From contig NZ_CP045650.1 in NCBI RefSeq assembly GCF_009557235.1, positions 120,001-152,000 of the forward strand: a DNA stretch of 32,000 nt, given 5' to 3'. The position numbers were made by a program, and so were the translations under genes. A model generated the notes under the pieces. That model saw only the letters and a program-made list of their open reading frames with translations, ran no database searches and was not told where the DNA came from. Numbering within the stretch: the stretch's first letter is position 1; every line of letters starts with the position of its first letter. The stretch comes from Acinetobacter wanghuae. GTDB lineage: Bacteria > Pseudomonadota > Gammaproteobacteria > Pseudomonadales > Moraxellaceae. Below, in pieces: positions 28,242-32,000 of the stretch.

Positions 28242-29024
28242 TTAGAAACGATATTTCGCAGCAACACCAAATTTGTTGTAGTCATTGTTAGCGATTTCAC
28301 CGAAACCGACACGACCTTCAAGACTCACTTGTGGTGTGAAGAATTTACGTGCACTTACACCGAACTCATTGGTATCAAATGGACCTGTATCTTTACTGTA
28401 GTAATCTACACCTACACTTAAAGTTTTGTCGATGAAGTAATCAGCTGCTAGATTGTATTCATCTAGATCACCAAATGCTGCACCCGCTTCAAGGTTGATA
28501 TCATTACCATTGCTTAGCGTTGTCACGTATTTAGCACGTAATGTTGGATCTACACCGTCGGCATAATCATTATCATAACCTTTCACACCGGCTGCGATCA
28601 ATAGACCAGGAGCAGGAAGATAACCTACTTCTGCACCATATACAGTTTCATCAAAATCTGCGCCATTTGCGTATTTGCGATCATCACGACCGACATTACC
28701 ACTTACATAAAAATCAGAATTTGGAACGAAGTATTCAGCGCTTACGCCATACTGATGACGTTCATCATCACCGACTTCATCATATTGGTATTTTGCGCCA
28801 ACATTACTTGCGCGGTCTAAGAATGCAGCTTCTGCAAGCGGTGCATTACGTGTTTGAACTGGATTGAAATAATATTTACCATCGACACCGAAAGAGCCGC
28901 TTGAACTGCCATTATCTGGATCAATTAAACCTGCTGATGCACCAACTTCTGCTTGGTAAGCATTTGCTGTACCTGTAATCGCCAAAGCTGATAGTAGTGC
29001 CGAAGCAATTGCTAACTTTTTCAT
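28242..29024 (-). CDS. Outer-membrane beta-barrel porin, paralogue 2 (Omp33-36-like, from memory)
   Basis: Signal peptide MKKLAIASALLSALAITGTANA then YQAE. C-terminal YRF. AGGGGA Shine-Dalgarno sequence. It shares these blocks with paralogue 1: PLAEAAFL, FxPNxxFYVxG, GYLPxxGLLxAAG, LRAKYVT and KFFTP. Confidence 0.75.
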   Translation of the reverse strand: MKKLAIASALLSALAITGTANAYQAEVGASAGLIDPDNGSSSGSFGVDGKYYFNPVQTRNAPLAEAAFLDRASNVGAKYQYDEVGDDERHQYGVSAEYFVPNSDFYVSGNVGRDDRKYANGADFDETVYGAEVGYLPAPGLLIAAGVKGYDNDYADGVDPTLRAKYVTTLSNGNDINLEAGAAFGDLDEYNLAADYFIDKTLSVGVDYYSKDTGPFDTNEFGVSARKFFTPQVSLEGRVGFGEIANNDYNKFGVAAKYRF

Positions 29025-29605
29025 GATAATCCCCTGAACGGTTGGCTAATTTTTAATTTCTTGTTACAACTTTCAGTCTAGAGCAATTCAGAAAATGGTC
29101 AACGGAGCTTACGTTACAGGAATGTGATTCGCGTAATCTTGTGTAATTTATGAGATACAAGTCACTGAATTTTAGCGTAAAAAATAGAATGTTTTGTTTT
29201 ATTAAAAGTGTGGATATATTGTGTAATTGAATGAATTTGATGGTTTTTTGCACAAAATCGGGTTTAAATTTTACTAAATATCGAATATGGCATGCCTAGA
29301 TTTTTAAAACCTTATTTATATGAATCATGTGTAATGTAGAAAGGTAATTTTTAAAACAGAGTCAGATACAAATACATATTTTGATACCAAATAGCTAAAT
29401 TTGGTGCAAAGCTTTATCTAAAAAATAATCTCGCTAAGTGAACAGAAAGAGTGAAGCCTAAGCAAAAATCTAGATAGGCTAGGTTTGATGAAATGCTTTG
29501 TTTTTAAAATGCAGCATAAGCGATTTGACAGCTCAAATTGCCAGAATGGACTGTGATACAATATGCGGCTAAAGATTTAAGCCTAATTTTGATTGAGAGA
29601 ATGTC

Positions 29606-30701
29606 GTGGAAATTAATCCTTATCTATTACAGCTGAAAGACTTAAACGAACGTGGTCAAACACTACGGGGGTATCTTTGACTACGATCTAAAGAAAGAGC
29701 GTTTAGAAGAGGTTCTCCGCGAGTTAGAAGATCCTGCAATTTGGAATGATCAAAGTCGTGCGCAAGCTATGGCAAAAGAAAAGGGCGAACTAGAGAACGT
29801 TATTAACGTCCTTGAAGGTTTGTCGACTCAACTTGAAGATGCGCAAGCGTTGCTTGATTTAGCTGTTGAAGCAGATGATGAAAGCTTACTTGAAGATGTT
29901 CAAGCTGAATTAGATAGCTCTGAATCAGAATTGGCAAAACTCGAATTCCGTCGTATGTTCAGTAATCCAATGGACCCGAACCCATGTTATGTGGAAATCC
30001 AAGCGGGTTCAGGCGGTACAGAAGCACAAGATTGGGCATCCATGCTGCTTCGTATGTATATGCGTTGGATTGAGCGTCATGGCTTTAAAGCAGAATTGAT
30101 GGAAGAATCTGATGGTGATGTTGCTGGCATTAAATCTGCAACCATTCGTGTTGAAGGTGAATATGCCTATGGCTGGTTACGTACTGAATCAGGTGTACAC
30201 CGTTTAGTCCGTAAATCACCATTTGACTCGGGTAACCGCCGTCATACCTCATTCTCAGCAGTGTTTGTATCGCCTGAAGTCGATGATAATATCGAAATTG
30301 ATATTAATCCTGCGGATGTTCGTACCGATACTTATCGTGCATCAGGTGCAGGTGGTCAGCATATTAACAAAACTGACTCTGCGGTACGTTTAACGCATGC
30401 GCCAACAGGTATTGTGGTAGCGTGTCAGAACCAACGTTCTCAACATGCCAACCGTGACCATGCGTGGAAACAGTTACGTGCAAAACTCTATGAATTAGAG
30501 ATGCAAAAACGTAATGATGCAGCGCAAGCACTTGAAGATACCAAGTCTGATATTGGTTGGGGTAGTCAAATTCGTTCATACGTATTGGATGACTCACGTA
30601 TTAAAGACTTACGTACCAGTGTTGAAAGCTCAAATACCGGTGCGGTACTTGACGGTGATTTAGATAAATTCATCGAAGCAAGTTTAAAACAAGGTCTATA
30701 A
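29606..30701 (+). CDS. prfB: Peptide chain release factor 2, expressed by a +1 programmed ribosomal frameshift at 29675-29681
   Basis: Frame 0 runs GTG 29606 ... CGG GGG TAT CTT TGA ([24 protein letters not shown]). The +1 frame continues [12 protein letters not shown]..., with SPF and GGQ motifs ([18 protein letters not shown]). The spliced product is about 364 aa. Confidence 0.95.
29666..29681 (+). other. prfB recoding signal: internal SD-like GGGGG plus the slippery CTT TGA C
   Basis: CGGGGGTATCTTTGAC is nearly identical to the E. coli prfB site AGGGGGUAUCUUUGAC. Confidence 0.9.
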
Positions 30702-30766
30702 ATAGACCTTTCAACTCATGTTGTTGCAAAACTTATACGGTTTGAATTGCTATATATCTAAAATAA

Positions 30767-30782
30767 TCGATATTAATATCGA
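30767..30782. promoter_or_regulatory. Perfect 16-bp palindrome; candidate operator of the downstream ArsR-type regulator
   Basis: TCGATATTAATATCGA lies about 10 nt upstream of a TACAAT -10-like hexamer (30793-30798) and 60-65 nt upstream of the regulator start. Confidence 0.45.
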
Positions 30783-30842
30783 AAAAATACGATACAATGA
30801 ATTCAAAGCTGATGTAAGTTTTGTTGCACTTAGTAATGTGAT

Positions 30843-31148
30843 GTGGCTATGGATCTCGATCTCATTTTTAAAGCCTTGGCAAATCCGACCCGTCGGCAAA
30901 TTCTTGCATGGTTAAAAACACCAGAGCAGTTTTTGTCTGTGGAAGAGTGCGGTGATTTTCATCGTGGCGTATGTGCAGGTCAAATTGAAAAATTGGGTCA
31001 AGTCTCACAATCGACCATGTCGAATCATTTGTCTGTGTTACAACAAGCAGGATTAATCACTGCCAATAAACATGGACAATGGTCATATTTTTCCCGCAAC
31101 GAAACTTTAATTCAGCACTATATCGAATATTTGCAACAACACCTCTAA
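30843..31148 (+). CDS. ArsR/SmtB-family winged-helix transcriptional regulator
   Basis: IFKALANPTRRQILAWL and VSQSTMSNHLSVLQQAGLI (the recognition helix) are classic ArsR HTH features. The start is GTG 30843 or ATG 30849. Confidence 0.85.
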   Translation: MAMDLDLIFKALANPTRRQILAWLKTPEQFLSVEECGDFHRGVCAGQIEKLGQVSQSTMSNHLSVLQQAGLITANKHGQWSYFSRNETLIQHYIEYLQQHL

Positions 31149-31172
31149 ACTCAAAGAGGTGTGGAGTTTACG

Positions 31173-32000
31173 ATGGCTGAACTAAATACCCCTTTAAAAC
31201 TTGGTGCTTTAGCACTTAAAAATCGTGTCATTATGGCACCCCTCACACGTAGTCGTGCCACAGCTGAGCGTGTACCTACAGCCATCATGGCAGAATACTA
31301 TGCACAACGGGCAAGTTCAGGTCTGATCATTTCTGAAGCCACCGTTATTTCAGAAGAAGCCAATGGCTATCGCAATACACCGGGTTTATTTACCGATGCA
31401 CAAGTTGAAGGTTGGAAAACTGTCACTCAAGCCGTGCACGATAAAGGTGGTCTGATCGTTGCGCAGTTATGGCATGTCGGTCGTGTTTCCGACCCTGAAT
31501 TGTTAAATGGCGAGACACCTGTTTCTGCGAGTAATGTAAAACAAGCAGGACAAGTGAGTTTATTGCGTCCAAAGCGTGATTTTGTTGCTCCACGACCACT
31601 TGAAATTGAAGAAATTCAAAAGATTATAGAACAATTTAAACAAGCTGCCATTCGTGCGAAACAAGCCGGTTTTGATGGCGTGGAATTGCACGGTGCAAAT
31701 GGCTATTTAATTGACCAGTTCCTACAAACGAAAACCAATAAACGTACAGACATTTACGGTGGTTCAGTTGAAAACCGTGTACGTTTCTTACTTGAAGTGG
31801 TTGATCAACTGATTGAGGTTTGGGGTGCAGATCGTGTGGGTGTTCACCTTGCACCGCGTGGCGATGAACATGATATGGGTGACGATGATCCACGTGAAAC
31901 ATTTGGATATGCGATGGAGCAGTTGGGCAAGCGTCAAATTGCCTTTTTCTTCACGCGTGAATATTTAGCCGATGACAGCATCTCTGAATATCTAAAACAA
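31173..32000 (+). CDS. Old Yellow Enzyme family NADH:flavin oxidoreductase / alkene (N-ethylmaleimide-type) reductase, partial (runs off the window end)
   Basis: My own translation reads MAELNTPLKLGALALKNRVIMAPLTRSRA...AQLWHVGRVS...GFDGVELHGANGYLIDQFL...RTDIYGGSVENRVRF, which are hallmark OYE motifs. A GGAG Shine-Dalgarno sequence lies upstream. It is open through 32000. Confidence 0.9.
   Translation, partial: MAELNTPLKLGALALKNRVIMAPLTRSRATAERVPTAIMAEYYAQRASSGLIISEATVISEEANGYRNTPGLFTDAQVEGWKTVTQAVHDKGGLIVAQLWHVGRVSDPELLNGETPVSASNVKQAGQVSLLRPKRDFVAPRPLEIEEIQKIIEQFKQAAIRAKQAGFDGVELHGANGYLIDQFLQTKTNKRTDIYGGSVENRVRFLLEVVDQLIEVWGADRVGVHLAPRGDEHDMGDDDPRETFGYAMEQLGKRQIAFFFTREYLADDSISEYLKQ

Noticed and set aside
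28541-28867. 108-aa His/Arg-rich plus-strand ORF
   Set aside because: It is antisense to porin paralogue 2. The repetitive His/Arg/Leu content comes from the complement of the porin's Asp/Val/Tyr-rich codons. There is no Shine-Dalgarno sequence.
29053-29253. 66-aa minus-strand ORF in the porin-prfB spacer
   Set aside because: It is AT-rich with Ile/Leu/Asn/Lys/Phe-biased composition and has no ribosome-binding site. It lies in the likely porin promoter/5' UTR. I treat it as non-coding unless expression data say otherwise.
29525-29575. Possible prfB promoter (TTGACA at about 29525, GATACAAT at about 29556)
   Set aside because: The spacing between the -35-like and -10-like hexamers is about 24-26 nt, far from the 16-18 nt optimum. 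I cannot support a specific promoter call.
30718-30915. 65-aa plus-strand ORF overlapping the ArsR regulator start
   Set aside because: It is out of frame with the well-supported ArsR gene and spans the palindrome and promoter region. Its composition is AT-driven.
31636-31902. 88-aa His-rich minus-strand ORF
   Set aside because: It is antisense to the clearly coding OYE reductase frame.

Overview
This window is a chromosomal housekeeping region of a moderately AT-rich gammaproteobacterium. Gene order and protein sequences point to Acinetobacter/Moraxellaceae, but that is an inference, not a search result.

Gene content, left to right:
- a partial membrane fatty-acid desaturase, an NAD(P)H-binding reductase, a small membrane protein, a CspA-type cold-shock protein, a DUF3565-like Cys/His protein and gshB
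- the distal half of the dcw cluster (murG-murC-ddl-ftsQ-ftsA-ftsZ) followed by lpxC
- a divergent DUF721/DciA-like gene and an M23 peptidase
- aceE-aceF, with three lipoyl domains in aceF
- a yybP-ykoY-type Mn riboswitch ahead of a UPF0016 (GDT1-like) exporter
- a stand-alone flavodiiron-core/MBL protein, a YkgJ Cys-cluster protein and a hypothetical 4-TM protein
- guaB, glmM-pdxH-recJ, two tandem opposite-strand porin paralogues, and prfB with its +1 programmed frameshift
- an ArsR-type regulator and a partial OYE-family flavin reductase

Several ORF-track starts are over-extended: gshB, ftsZ, lpxC, the M23 peptidase, glmM, the first porin and prfB. Two edge genes are missing from the track: the desaturase at 1-701 (-) and the OYE reductase at 31173-32000 (+).

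By eye I see no rRNA, tRNA, CRISPR array, IS element, integrase or recognisable defence or toxin-antitoxin module. I do not find a convincing novel multi-gene system.

The items most worth a second look:
- the porin-pair insertion between recJ and prfB
- the atypically long Mn riboswitch and its expression platform
- the orphan di-iron-core protein with the YkgJ gene
- the ArsR-OYE pair with a perfect 16-bp palindrome
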